A stretch of DNA of 64,000 nucleotides from Tubiluchus corallicola (taxonomy: Eukaryota > Animalia > Priapulida): the NCBI GenBank assembly GCA_030141605.1, contig JAQGDQ010000436.1, positions 124,001 to 188,000 on the forward strand, in the 5' to 3' direction. Made by a program: the position numbers and the translations under genes. Positions 23,227 through 38,200 of the stretch are shown here, one piece after another; the first letter of the stretch is position 1; every line of letters begins with the position of its first letter. A model generated the notes under the pieces. The model saw only the letters and a list, made by a program, of their open reading frames with translations, did no database searches and was not told where the DNA came from.

Positions 23227-26200
23227 ATGGGCAATACGGACACAAAATTGAATTTTCGAAAAGCAGTTATTCAGTTAACAACTAAAACACAGGTAAATCT
23301 CTGTTTCATGTCATGTTTGGAGTCACTGATCTGTCTCTACTCTACTAGAATCAGAATGAAATTGAATACATAAAAGGCTTCACATTTTTCATAGCTCCAG
23401 CTGTGTGATATAAAATCAGATGTTTTTATAAAACCTAAAAACCGCTACTAAAATAAGCAAGTACAAGGTTAGTTAAGTACCAACATTCAATTTTATTTTC
23501 TCAATGGCAGTTCGTCATAATTATTTTTACATTTCATTGCAGCTGAGAAGGAGCAGCGAAAGACCTATTGGTCACTTGGTCAGCTGCCCTTATTAAAAAT
23601 ACAAGTTTACTCACAGGCTCATGACATTTTTTAGGTGTTTGTGTATGTATAAAAGGCAAAAGCAACAAAAATCAACTCAAAGGAGAAATGCAATTCAAAG
23701 CATAACAAGACATAACATCAAGCAAAAAATTAATGAAATTCAATGTAGAGCAAAAAATTCTACTCAAAGCAAAAATGCAATTTCACTCAAAATAAAAGGA
23801 AGTTATCACAAGCAATGCAAAACGGAATTTAACTTATAGCAAAAAATTATATCAAACAAAATGAAACTCATAGCGAAAATTTTATAAAGCAAAAGCAATT
23901 CAACTGAAGGTAAAAGAATTTGTTAAAACCAAAGCAAAACAGAATTCAGCTTAGTTTTTTTTTCAATTACTAGTAGGCCTATAAATGATTGCATTTCATT
24001 GGTATAGTGGATTTGAAAAGCGTTTTGATCTCTTTTGTTAAGTTATCTGAAAACTTATCATTCAAACTGTAAATATGCATTCAATTTTTCATGATTAATA
24101 ACTATGTTATTGTTTGTTAGCCTGTTGAGGCGAGTGACGATCAGTTTTGGGACCAGTTCTTTGCTGAGACGCTTGTTGGCGTGCAGGACTTTTTCACTCT
24201 CATACCAGCAGCGGAGATACGAGCATTGCGTGAAGAATCTCCATCCAACCTTGCTACGCTATGCTATAAAGCCGTGGAAAAACTTGTTCATGCTTCCGAG
24301 TCAGCATGTGGAACGCAGCTTGAGCAGCAAATTGGTAATTCATTTAGTAACTAGTCATTAACAGAAGACTGAAAATGCCCATATACAGTAAGTCCTTGCT
24401 TAACGATCTCCACTTAACGACGTTTTGTTTTTGTGAGCAATTTTGCGTGCAACGTGTTGCTGTAGCAACCAGACTAAGTATGTAGGTAAAATTCCCAAGG
24501 TCGTCCCAGGGCTTGGTTTTGACTCTGCAGTGTTTCTTGTTCAACAGCTGTCTAGTCTTAAACATTAACCAAACAGAAACCGCTATAGCTAGGCATTGGT
24601 AAGTAAAATATCTAAGTGGTTTCAGGCAAACAGGAAGATATTAATCGTACAAATATGAATAAAACTCATAGAATTTTAACTTATATGATTTAAGCAGTAC
24701 TGAATTTTGTCTCTGAAATGTATCTGAATTCTTTTACATTGCTGCCTGTAGAAGTCTTGGCTTCGTTTAACAACGTTTCACTTAACGTCGCATTTTGTTG
24801 GAATCCATTATCGTTAAGCGAAGACTTGCTGTACTGTAGTTATTTTACCTTATAGGAACATTTAGTTTATCTTTTTTTTTACTGCAACAAACCACTAAAC
24901 CAGATATCAAAATACTTTTAATCAATGATAATAAAATTTCTTCCTTTAGTTTTAAACTGTGTGAGGCTTCTCACCAGGATCATGCCGTACATTTTTGAAG
25001 ATCCGGAGTGGAGAGGATTTTTCTGGTCAACTCTTCCGGGACAGCAGGAAGACGAAAATGGCGAGGTGATTGAAGGTTTTATTGCCAAGTGTCGCTGTTT
25101 TGCTCGTGAACTATTCATTTGTAAGCTGTAGGCATGGTCCAAAATCGACATTCGTCTTGCAATTCATTTAACACCAATTACATGCTTTGTTGAAGTTTAC
25201 ATGTATGTAGAAATAAAAGTAATAGCTCTGTATCCTTGTCACCAAGAAAGTCACAAGAAAGTCACAGCTAAGAAATTGTATTGATTTTTTTATTTGTTTT
25301 TAATTTTCCCTATCAAGTTTGCTGACTTCCATTTTTCTACATACTGCATATCTATCTAATATTGACGTATATATTTGAATAGTTTACTGAGTATTGTATT
25401 TTTGTTTTTAGGCAATACCCTTGGCGCAGTCTCTAGTTAATGCATGCTGTGTAAGTAAACATTTTCTACATATCTTATTAAGCCATAAACATTTGCTTTT
25501 GTTGGCATATGTAGTCCAGTAATCAGTATCAATAAAGAAATTTAAAATATTACTAGTTAAAACCATAATCAAAATTTGTAATCAGTAAGTATTTGTGTGT
25601 AAGCTATAACTGATTTTTCTCAAATTTTCTTAAACATTTGTTTGTAAACTTGTTACTTGTTCAACAATAACTGTTTCTCTTTGTTTAAAATGTTTGTGAG
25701 ATCTTTTATTTTGCTTTTAGGACTTGCTGTTTTGTCCGGATTTTACCGTAAGCACGTCTAAGAAGGTTGGACCCGTACGTATATACATATACATATTTGC
25801 ATAAATTTGTTGTTATCAGCAAGCGAATTATTCTTGGAGATATCACACAAAAAAATTTCTTTTTTGATGGTGCCATATCAGTGCTGCAATAATTCTCACA
25901 TTAATACCAAGATGTCATTTTTTGTCTAAAAAAATCCTCTAAACGCTCTTTATCAGTTTTAAGACCACAAATTTTCTGGTCAATGGTGACGTTCAAGTCC
26001 ATTAAGTACGAAAACTACGGATGATGTTACCATTTCACTTAGTTGTTGTTATGCTTAGGATGTGGCAGAGGACCTTCAGTCTATTGATTCATGCGAATAC
26101 ATCTGGGAGGCGGGTGTGGGTTTTGCTCATTCCCCTGCAAAACACCCCCAGCACCTGTCGAATCGCACTGACATTCTCAAGCTCATACTCACCTGTTTCT

Positions 26201-29200
26201 CAGAAAGCATGTACATTTGTTCAGGTAAAAAACATTAATTGTATTCGTCTATGCTTTGTGCAGCCAGGATTGCTTTTGATTAACTCACTGAATATATATT
26301 GTTTATTTCTAAGATTGCAAGTAACCTCTTTTGATTAATTTAATGTAAAAATTGTCACTATTGAAATTAAAGTATACATTTTATAGGAGTTTTAAATTAA
26401 TTTAGTTTTTTTGACAAATTTTGCATTTACAAAGAAGCAAGCTTTTACTTTAAAAGAGTTTTACATAATTTTTGCTAAGATATTTAAAAATTGTCAAATT
26501 TAAAATCAATGTTAAATTTTTATCTAGATACTCAGTCACAGTCCAATAAGTGGATTCTCTACTTCACCTCTGCAGAGAATCGTCACGCGTTGCCTCTCTT
26601 CACCTCCCTTCTGAACACGGTGAGCGCGTACGATCCGATTGGCTACGGCATTCCCTATAATCATCTCATGTTCACCGACTACGTAGAACCCCTGGTGGAG
26701 ACCGCGTTACAAGTGCTTGTGGTCACGCTTGATCATGATTACTCTGGAAATGATGAGGAGTTTTCTAATGAGGTGAGCCGGGTTGTTTTCATTAATTTGT
26801 GGCACTTCTGGTTATACTGAATTCACGCTTTTGGAGAAACATTAGTGTCAGTTATGTATTTGATGAATGGCAAAGATCAAAATTTCAAAATTTGCATTAT
26901 GTTTATTATCTTATTATTATGATTTTGAATTATTGTTATTATTTTTAATCTATTCAAGTTCATAAGAAGAAACGCCAAACTAACCCAATAAATCACTGGG
27001 TGTAGCAAGTGGTCATCAATAGTTAAATAATTACTATGCTTCATCAGGTTTCGGGGCTTAACTGGATCTCCAATCGGCTTTAGTGGAATATGCTGTTATC
27101 TGTATGGGATATGGCAATATAGTGCAACAGCCAACTAACACCTTGGTTTTTAGTGAGCTGTGTGGAAGGTCTAGTTAACTGCAAAACCTGATGAAGCATA
27201 GTAACTGTTTCTTGGCAATTAGCCTTTTCTTGGGCTGATGCATCTTCATCTGTGTCATTTGACTTGTTGTGAGAGTTAAAATTGTAAACAATAATAATAA
27301 TAATAGCTTAATAAGTAGTATAATCTTACGGGAAGGTTACATACGTAACAAAGAGATTTTGTTCAATTATTTACATGTTGCATTTCAGAACAACGATAAC
27401 CTTTTCATCAACTATCTGTCTCGGATACATCGTGAGGAAGATTTCAGGTTTATCCTGCGTGGACTCAGCCGTCTTCTGACCAACCCTCTGGTGCAGACGT
27501 ATCTTCCCGGTTCCTGTAAGAAAGTGAATTTCCATCAGGAACTGCTCATCCTTTTCTGGAAAATGTGTGATGCCAATAAGGTAAAGATCATTTATGTTAA
27601 AAATTAATTAACTTGTGGCTTCGTTTCAGTGGCTTCATTTTGTTTCGTAACAGAGATTTCTAAAGAATTTCTTGTCCCTCTAAAATTTAAATCAGTTCTT
27701 GAGTCGTATGGGCCTAATTAGTCAATTTCTTTAATTGAAAATAACATATCTTTATGTTTTTTATAGTTCGATATATAGTTTAACACAACTTTCGTAACAC
27801 TGCAAAAATGGCTAACTTGGTTTATATCATCGAACCTAGCGCATTATCACCATTAGCATCAATTCATTATCATTGTCATCAGCATTGATATCACCATCGT
27901 TGTCATCATCATCATCATCGTTATCAACATCTTCTTTATCGTTTTCTCGCTTCTGTTTACTTCGCTCCATTTAACATATTTTTTGTTGTTGTTGTTTATA
28001 TAATTAATTTAGTCTTATCCACATTGAGCATAACTCATAAGTTAATTTTGTTTGCTGCACTCATAGCACTGTAATGCACTGTTAATTTGTAATTGTATAA
28101 CTACTTGTATTTTTGTATTGTGCTAAATGGATGAATAAAGAAATCTAAAACTAAGATCAACTTGGAAATAAAGAAAATGCACAAATGATAGATATTATAA
28201 GTCGCCTTTACAACATTTAATCAGATTATTGAACTGTAAAGAGGAAATCAAATGAAACATTTTGAGAAATTTAGTTGTTTTGTTTTAATGGTCGGTTTGC
28301 ATAACTCGTGTTTGCTTTTCATGGCTGACTAGTTTTTTGATACGCATATTTTTATGTAAATTGCTAAGTAATTTATTAATACTAAAGTAATTATTAATAC
28401 TAAGTAATTATTAATGAATTAAGTGCTAACTAAATTAATATAGCTTAGTTAGTTATTGTGACTTGAATTATCCTTTTACCATTTATATATTTTGCTGTTT
28501 TTAACTGTCATATGTTGTCTTAATAAACTAAGTGACTTAATGTATCGTGACGGAAACACATCAAGGCTTGAATGCATTCTTTACAAACATGTTAACGGTG
28601 TTGTTCATTGACCGACCAGGTTTTGCTACAGCTCAAAATTTAAAAAGTAAAGGTTTGATAATCTCAATTCTGACGTCTTATCAGGAACTTTTTTATCCCG
28701 GGGGAGTATTTTTAATTTTTGAGTAACGAAGGGATATATGCGAATTAGATTAAAATAATTATGTAGGAAACGTTTAGTAGAATTCACCTGAGCCATAAGA
28801 AGCCAGTTTACCATACAGCCATACAGCAAAGCCTTCGTGCATGATTTTATGTTTAACGTGGCAGAATTAGTTCCCAATTTCCATTGCATGATCAGAATTT
28901 ATGCAACTATTAAGAGTATAAGAGTGTTTATCCAAAATGTCTTTACTTAGCCAATTTCCTGGGTAAGTTTGAGAGCACAAAACTGTCGGGTAGTGATGTT
29001 AAGCTCTAGGGTTTCATTGTTGTAATTTTACGAATTTTATTGTTTTTTGCAGAAGTTCCTTTTTTACGTTTTGAAAAGTTCCGATGTTCTCGAGGTTCTC
29101 GTCCCGATTCTGTACCACATCAACGACGCTCGAGCTGACCAGTGTAAGTAAGGTTGTTAAATCAGGTTTTGATGAACATTTTATACAGAACGAGAAATTC

Positions 29201-32200
29201 ATCTGTGGGCGTGGTTTACTACAATGTTAATCATAGAATCCAAGCTTCTCTAATGAGGCAACTTTATGGTGGGTACACCAAATCCTACACGTGTGTGTCG
29301 TAAGAATGACATGTCATGTCACGGAAAATTTCATAAGAATGTTTTTAAAGTGTTTGCTTCATACCACGCATTGGTGCAACTAAGTTAACAATCTCCAAAT
29401 GTACAATGAGACCGGTTTTTTAATCCTAGTCTAGTTCTTGACATTCGGTTTCCATGTTACTGCCTTGGTTTTGTGTTCGGCCTCACGTTAAACTAACACC
29501 CTGTGTGAATTCTTAGTATTATTTATGTTGTTCGCCTTCCGGTTTCTTTTTGTACGTTTGCGCAAAACAGATGGGGTTTGTTACAGTTACAGTTTACAGT
29601 TCACAGTTATAGTTTACAGTTACAGGTTACAGTTACAGTTTACAGTTACAGTTCACAGTTACAGTTTACAGTTACAGTTTATTTTATTTAACATCAGTTA
29701 TTAGTCTATAAAGACTGTTTTCTGCCATAAATAAAAACATTGCCTAATTAAAATACATAGAATCTCTGTAGCCAAGAGAATACTATAAGATTAAGAGAGA
29801 GATGGTTAAGAGACAGAAAAAACTAGCACCCTAAGTGGAAAAAGCATATTTAGGTACAGTGGACTCTCGTTATAAGAATCACCTCGGGAGAAGGCAAAGT
29901 GATTCTTATAACGAGCGATTCTTATAACGAGCATGGCACAGAATTGGTTTAAAAAAATTTTATGCACATAAAAATTATTTATTTCCCGAAATTACGCTAG
30001 AAACGACATGAAACAGCATAATGTTTTTCTGGCCTAAAAAGGACCTAAAAATTCCTAGACTAATGTTTTTATTTCATGGTTGGGTAAATATTTCATGATG
30101 CCAGAATTGCCTTAAAATTTTTTTAATGCACATAATTTTTTTCCCGAAATTGTGCTGGAGACGACAGAAAACTCTACATCTACTGCTTGAAAAATATCGA
30201 TAGCTTGCTTTGCTTCATTTCTCCTCTGGTGAGGCGGTCAATTTCGGCCCCCAACCGTTTCAATTGAAGGTTGTCCTCGAAGACTCGTGCCACCTTCTCG
30301 CTGGCCAACCCTCGGAAGCGCGTCATAAGCGGCGATGATTTTCACCTTTTCACTCACACTTCTGCTTTTCCGTTTGGATGCCATTTTTCAACTGACTGAC
30401 ACGCAAACAAACAAATTTGAAATCTCTGACAATGGAGTTGGCGCCAAAATTGCTTCTACTATCGAAAGAAGGGTGATTCTTATACGAGCGGATTTTCACT
30501 AGGAAAATGCCGATTCAATTCGGGAAACGCGATTTTGATTCTTATATCGAGCTGATTCTTATACGTGTGATTCTTGTAACGAGAGTCCACTGTAATTAAA
30601 AATACATAATACATATATAATAGAATACAAATATAATATGAAATATAATATAATAACTGCATACATAATATGACATATAATTACAGAAAGAAATTGACTA
30701 TAAGTACAAGGATCTTAAATGAAACATATTTACTTGATCAAAGTACTTATTTTCACATTCCTATAATTATCAGAAATTTCATATAGAAGACACAAGATTA
30801 AATTTATAAAACGTACGAAGTTTAAAATTAAAGCTATTTGCAATTAAGTTTTTACAATAAAATATACACAATGATAAAATATGGGATTTGAATGCGGTAT
30901 CTAAATGAGGTTGTGGTGAGTTTGATTCTCTCCTGGGGCACAATATCGGCAGTGACAGATTATACCGTCCCATTTGTTTATTAGACTTACAAAAGATGTT
31001 AAGTTGGGGGCATCACGATAGGTATTCATCGGGTAGGTTATTCCATAATTTGGCTCCTGTGTAGCGGAAAGAATTTAGACCGTAGTTAGTGGTTCTGCAA
31101 TGTGCGATAACAAGTTCTAGGTTATCAGATCCTTCTGATGCTTGAAAAAGATCATTAGGGTCAGAACATTTATTTTATATATATATAATTTATTTTGCAT
31201 ACCTATGTAGCTGTTTCCCTTAACCTACATAAAGCGAGGTTTGGGCATTTGACTGACTATAATAAGCCGTCATAATCTGCTTCGAAATCATTAAGAACAA
31301 ATGGATATCTCTTTTTTGTATTTTTTCAAGCGTCATAGTGTTCGTTTCACCTGTTGAATGGCCTTAAACATTGTGGGTTTTGGTTTTAGCTTTGACTATC
31401 TCATTTTTTTATTTTCTGTTGTTTTTTCTGGTCTCTGACACGTTTCTGAATATTGCAGTAGGGTGTGTTGACCGGCTCTCTTTTGCTGCTGCATAGACGA
31501 CTATGTGCAAATTTTATTCGAAGCATTGAATCTTGACACTTTAGTTCATTTTCTATTTAGTGATGCTGTTATTTGTTAGTTACAGCATGCATTGCCCTAA
31601 TGTAATAGCTGATTAGGTTTTTATCGCTAATGTTATTCACTTGTTAAAAATATCTGTAGTACCATGCTATCATTTCCTGTCATTCAGTTGTCCACTACGT
31701 TTACATAGGTGTCCAGTGGCAGCTCGTGTATAGGTACTGTGGAACTGCAGCACCCCCTATTTTCACTCAATATTATCGATAATATTCAATATAATAAGTA
31801 TTTTTGTTTAATTCTTTCTTTATACTTGTACGGAACCAAAGCACGTGAGGGTAGTACTGTTTGCTTCACAACCCAGCCCAGTGTTGTGTTTGGCTGTTGT
31901 GTGCATTCGGCCATGCACACATGTCTGAGATAACATGCTGTACGCTGCACTGTTAGCATCTGCTGTTAGGCAGAGAAAGTACTGTTTCTCACACAGTTTG
32001 TTGTCAGTTCTCACATGCTCAAAAACCGTGTACCGGCATATTCTTGAACTGTGGCAATTTAGGCTATTCGTAAGCAAGAAAGTTTGTTGTTTAGAATTTT
32101 ATGAAGTTTATGTATAAATTTTCGTATGTCTGTTTGTTTAAAATTACAATTACAAATTACAACCTTAAAATTACATTGTTTGTTTCGTTTTACACAGTAC

Positions 32201-35200
32201 TAAAAATTTTCTGAAGCAGCAACCCCAGTAATTTTAACTACAGGCTGCTACTGGAGGAGTCATACTTGCATTCTGTTGATGTATGAAGGTTCTTGTTGTA
32301 TTTCAGCTCGTGTTGGACTCATGCATATTGGAGTGTTCATTTTGTTGTTACTCAGCGGGGAACGGAACTTTGGTGTTCGATTGAACAAGCCGTATACAGT
32401 GAGAGTGCCAATGGACATACCCATGTTCACTGGAACGCATGCTGATCTTCTTATCATTGTACGTACACGAGTGTTACAAATTACTGAGGAGGCCTGTAAA
32501 GTACATTCTTTTATGAAATTGCTTCAAAAAATGTGTAAAACCATCAGCAATCTTCAAAACCAGTGAAAAATTTGTGCAGACATTTTTGAGAGCAAACGGG
32601 CAAAAAATATTTAAATGTCAGCGAAGGTTGTGCAAAAACTTTTTAAGCTTAACTTGAGGATTAAATTAAAATTATAATCAAGAATGCGCAAACATTCCAC
32701 ATAGGAGAGTGTTATTTGCTGTGCTTTTCCTGGTTAATGATTCCAACAAATTAGTAGAGATGTTGATATTGTGTGTCTTCAAAGGCTGAGCTGCTCAATC
32801 TAATCAGTAATATAGCAACAAAGTGTATGTTCTGTATAAGCTGCTGATCAACAGTTCGCCAGTATGAAACTTGAAACTACACAGTCACCATTCTCCCTTC
32901 GTAGGTCCATTCTTCTTTCAAAACAGATATAGAACTGTTCGCTATAATCCTTGCGGAACGCCATGTGAAGTATTTTTGTAAGCTCACTTTCTAATAATTT
33001 TTTTGAAAAAAATCTCATGGTTTGGGTCAAGAAAGAGCTGATCATTGACCACAAAATCTAAGTATGCACATTGCACACACACAGTTAAGTGGACAATTCT
33101 GGGCTGGATCTTAGTCACGTTCCTGTTCATTTGAACAAATTATGTAAATATTGGGCCAAAGATACTTGAAATTTCTTTTCTATCCTTTCTACCTTCCTGT
33201 TATTCCCACTTTTGGTCCTAATTTGAAAAATATATCATCTATAAAAGGTCGTTAAATTGAGACCACTCATTCGATGTGTGAGTAATCCATGTAGACATTG
33301 GAACTTTCATTTATATACATTATATGCATGTAAATTACATTATATGTGTATAACAGTATGCCAGCACTGCCTGACATTTCAAAACTTTTTTCATTGTGTA
33401 GTTTATCTAAACTATTTTGTTTTTCGGAAACGTATCCAAAAAATGTTCAGCCGAGGTTTCTATACTGAGTAGTAATGCGTTTATATATAATTTTAATAAT
33501 ATACGTTTTGTCTTCTTGTAGGTATTCCACAAGATTATCACTACAGGTCACACTCGTCTTCAACCTTTGTTCGATTGCCTGCTTACAATTATTGTCAACA
33601 GTAAGTACTAAGTTGACAACGTGCATGATTGAATTGTTGGTGTCAATATGAAAATGTTTCAAGTCAAGAATGTGTCATACTGCAACAAATTCAGGGCTTG
33701 TGGAAGAATGAATTTTAAAAAGTGAAGTACACAAAGAAATGCTAAGGAAAATTCAGTTTGACTAATCGTAATAACAGTTTATTGGTTATTGCAATCAACT
33801 TAAAGCAATGTAATGCTGTTGTGATAATTGTTCATGTTCTATCGTGGTTGAGTAGTCTGTATAGATGATATTATGTGGTTTGATTCATTAATACCAGTTT
33901 AGTACAAAGGTGACAATATAGAGGGTGCAAAAGTTTCAAACTCATGCGTGCGTCAAAATTGAAATTCTGTCAGTCCAATCAAAAAGTTTTGCTCAAATGA
34001 ACTTCTGCAAGACTGTCTAGACTTTCAGGTTTGCGAGTCAGTGAACTTGCATAGAAGCATTCCTGTCTTTGTGCAGAGTTCAGGTACTAATCGTTTACAA
34101 CTTTTAACATATAGAGCTTTGCTGGCTGTGTTACCGTAGCGGCTGATGGAAAGTGCAGTGTGTGCTATTCCCAAGTCAAATCACAATCATTTTTACGTTA
34201 CTTTGCAGTTTCACCGTATCTGAAGACTCTTTCAATGGTCGCCAGCACCAAGTTGCTCCACCTATTAGAGGCTTTCAGTACTCCGTGGTTTCTCTTTTCC
34301 AGTCCGACGAATCACCACTTGGTGTTCTTCTTGTTGGAGGTGTTCAACAACATCATACAGTATCAGTTCGACGGTAAGTAGTACATTCACGATAGGTGTT
34401 GTGTTAGTCACCTTCACTCCTGAGTTCATTGGTCATGGATACAAGTCATGTGGTTTCAAATACTTTGTTTCCTATGTGTTACTCATTGTTTGTGTACTAT
34501 TGTTTCCTATGTGTTACTCATTGTTTGTGTACTATTGTTTCCTATGTGTTACTCATTGTTTATGTACTATTGTTTCCTGTGTGTTGCTCATTGTTTGTGT
34601 ACTATTGTTTCCTATGTGTTACTCATTGTTTGTATGTTATGTCTTGTATCTATATTATTTAACTGTAAGGTGTTAAATAGACACCTGTGCTAATGTTGTT
34701 CGTTGACTGAGCAAGATAAATAAATGTTAAGTGTTTTTAGCTTGTAAGTTTGATTATATAGTGTTTTGTTCTTCGAGAAACTGATTCTGTCATTGCATAA
34801 TGGTAGAATGTACTCATAATGGTAGAAGGTACGCGTTGAATAATTCAATTTTTGTGACAAAATTGGTCAGTAGAAGAGAAACATGAAAAAACGTGACTGA
34901 AGTTGAATTTGAACCTAGGACCTTTGGATTACAAGTGCATGCTTTTACTAACAATTGTTGATCAAATCTCCTGTGGACCTTAAATACGTTTTCTTTATCA
35001 GGTAATTCCAATCTGGTGTACACAATCATTCGCAAACGAAATGTTTTTCATCAGTTGGCTAACCTGCCAACGGATGGTGTCACGATCGCCAAGACGCTGG
35101 CAAAGAAGGGCAAGCGGACATCGTCACAAGTCAGTGCCGATAAAAGTACGGAAGAGGTGGAGGGAAGGATGGAAGGAGCAATTCCAGCAAAAGAAGCTGA

Positions 35201-38200
35201 GCCTGGCACGCTGAATGCTTCATTATGTGCAACACCTGGTACTTGGTTTTAATTGTTTTTTATTGTTCCTGATAGAGAAATGCACAAAGATTTCTGGCCA
35301 CTCTTAAGAAGTTGTTTGTATTTTTGTGTTTGTCCCTCCCTAAAGCTTTTGCGAGTTTCTTTCGCTGTTACGCTGAGTGATGTAGTCAGTTACAAAGTCA
35401 GAAGACATGGATTTATGCTGAATATTTGTCCAATGGTCTTTTTTCTTTCAGTTTGATATCTTTATTTTTCATCTTCTGGTTTGTCTTGCAAGTTGCAGAG
35501 AAAGTGGAGATACTTTTAATTGCACTCACTAATATTATTCATAAATGGTAGCTGAGTTGTAGGAAAGCCTGATAAGCTTTCGTAAAGGTTAAATTTTGCT
35601 AGGCGTAATTTAAAGTCAGTCATGTGATGATTTAATTACGTACTCGTAAAGGCAGTTGCAATAAAGAGAATTGATCTTATGTTATTCAACTTGTTTGAAG
35701 AGTGGTGATTTGAAGTTATGCTCTGGTTGCATGACTTACGGCACATCAAGCTAGTAAGTTTTCTTTCAGACAGCAAACTCACAAGCTTTGCAAGTTTTTG
35801 TTGGCAGACTATTGCAAATTCTCAGTCAGTTCCTGCAAGTTGATATCTTGCTAGTTACTGTCTAGTGTGGATGTCTTGGCGAGTTACTGTTGACACTTCT
35901 CTCGCAGTGAATAGAGAAGTGAGTGTCAGCTATAGTGGAGTCACTCGCAGTAAGTTTTGCTCTCTAGTCTGAACACGCTTGCAAGTTACTGTCTAGTGTG
36001 GATGCCTTGGCGAGTTACTCTCGACAGTTCTCGTGCAGTGAATAGAGAAGTGAGTGTCAGCTGTAGTGGAGTCACTCGCAGTAAGTTTTGCTCTCTAGTC
36101 TGAACACGCTTGCAAGTTACTTAGCGAATTTACATGGCCAGAAAACTCACTAGTCTGAACGTGCCATTAGAGTCTGAATTGGGGTTAGAGTTAGAGTTAG
36201 GCTTAACTCCATAAGGTTCAAGTGTAAAATATGATGATTTCCCTCGGTAGTTCTGCTTTAGTTGCTAAGTTCTGCTAAGTTCTGCATTGTTAGTGTAAAT
36301 GTTATAGTTAGTTTGGGTTTGGATTAAAGATAGATTTAGTGCTTACTGTTTCATTAATGTACTGTCTGAAAACACACTATAAGCACAGCAGGTAATAGTG
36401 CGAGAAACATTAGCTGTGTTCAATATTTGCGGTTTGATTTGCCGTGCTGATTTAATCTGTTGTGGAAGCAGCATCCAAACATGGCTAAAATACTTCTGCT
36501 GGTTCAGTGGCTCAACTTAGAGGGTGATTTTTGATAGTAGTCTAGGTTCCTGTTTTGCCACAAGCATCAGCATTGAGTAGGCCATGCCTTTGAATGCATA
36601 TGAATGCAGCATTCTAGATTGCAGTGTGTAAAATTGTATAAAGAAGTACACAAATAACAGTAAAATAAGATTTCTGCTATTGACATTGTAGCTATTGGTA
36701 AGATGACAGAAGAGTCTCGACCATCCACATCGATGCCGACGTTAAAGGAAATAGCTGAAGATTCTCGCTCCGCAGCGGAAACCGTGCAACCTGCCGGGGA
36801 GAATGTGGTTGATGTGGGAGCAGGCGGCGATGCTCGTGCCACAGAAGGCACAGAGTCTGCCCCGGAAGAGGAACAGGAAGAGAAGAAGCGAGGTCAACTG
36901 GAGAAGAGTCACAGTCTGGTAGGTTTGTTGTAGTGTTGCATGATATGTTCTTTGTTACTTGTGTTTTTCGCAAGACAGCTACAAATGTACGTTATTATTG
37001 TATATACATTATACATATGTGTATGTCTAGCTGGCTTGTGAAAATGCTCTGATGACGATACTGCATTGAAACGTAAGCAGTAAAGAGATGCCATGTTGTT
37101 ATCAACAATAGTCGTTGTTTTGATTTGATTATTGAGATTATTGAAACGAATAAGTTGCCGTGTTAATGTATGCTGTTAGATTTGTGTATGTGTTTCTTAA
37201 TGACTTTAATTCACATGTTTGTTTACTGTTGTAAGAAATCCTTGCACTTTACAGATGGTCCACTGAAGCCGGTAGTTAAATATTCTGTTTAACATGTAGT
37301 AGCATGTGATTTTTATGTATAAACTTCTCCGCTTGAAACAACCCTTTCATCGTCACCGTGGATGTTTTGTCTCCGACATGTTTCATGGACATCGTTTTCT
37401 TGCAGCCAACACCCCCTGTCAGTCCGACTCAGTCATTGCATTCCACGAAATCAGAGAAACTGAAGATGAGTCGATCAGAAAACATTGCGCTGAATTCACA
37501 AGCTTGGACACCGACTCCGGAGTGGGTGAGTACTGTTTTTGTCACACCTAGTGCTATGGTGGGACCGTCTGAAAAATTAAATTGCCATTTTATTTTTTGC
37601 AAAATTCTTGAAATTTGTTTTGGTTTGTGATATGATATTTTTACTTTATTTATGTTAGTGATCCTTGCTCATTCCTCAATGGCTGTTTGCACAAGTATTT
37701 GTTGTTATTTACAGTGTTAATTGCTTATAAAGTTAATAAGTATTTTATTTATGAATGAAAGGAAAAATCTAGAATTATTGAAGTTTTTAAATCAAACTTT
37801 ACTGTAAGAAATAGTCTAGTTTTGAATTCGTTCTTTGGTAAATAATCTTTAAATTATTGCTGTCATAGAGTTACTCCATGAATGTGGAATTTAGAACGTC
37901 ATTTACCATTGCTATAGAATCCATTTGGTTGTAAAAATTTACACTACGGAGTAACTCTATCATGACGTGATGATATAAAAACAAACAGTCTGTTTATAGA
38001 GTTACATCGCAAATGACGAACCCAAAAATGAATTCAATTGGTTGTTGATTACTCTAGCACACGTAAACTAGCATTTGGAAATGCTTGATTGGTCGTTGAG
38101 CTATAAAGCTTGAACAAAGATCTGTCATCATCATCATCATCATCACCAAGGGGGTTGTGTTGTCTAATGGTCATAGTGTTGGCCTTGTAAACAAAGATCC

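Noticed and set aside
34890-34960. tRNA-like sequence on the minus strand (also 38148-38225 on plus)
   Set aside because: Only partial A/B-box resemblance with no complete cloverleaf; probably decayed SINE heads.
36181-36205. Telomere-like GGGGTTAGAGTTAGAGTTAGG
   Set aside because: Only three degenerate units; too short to call an interstitial telomere.
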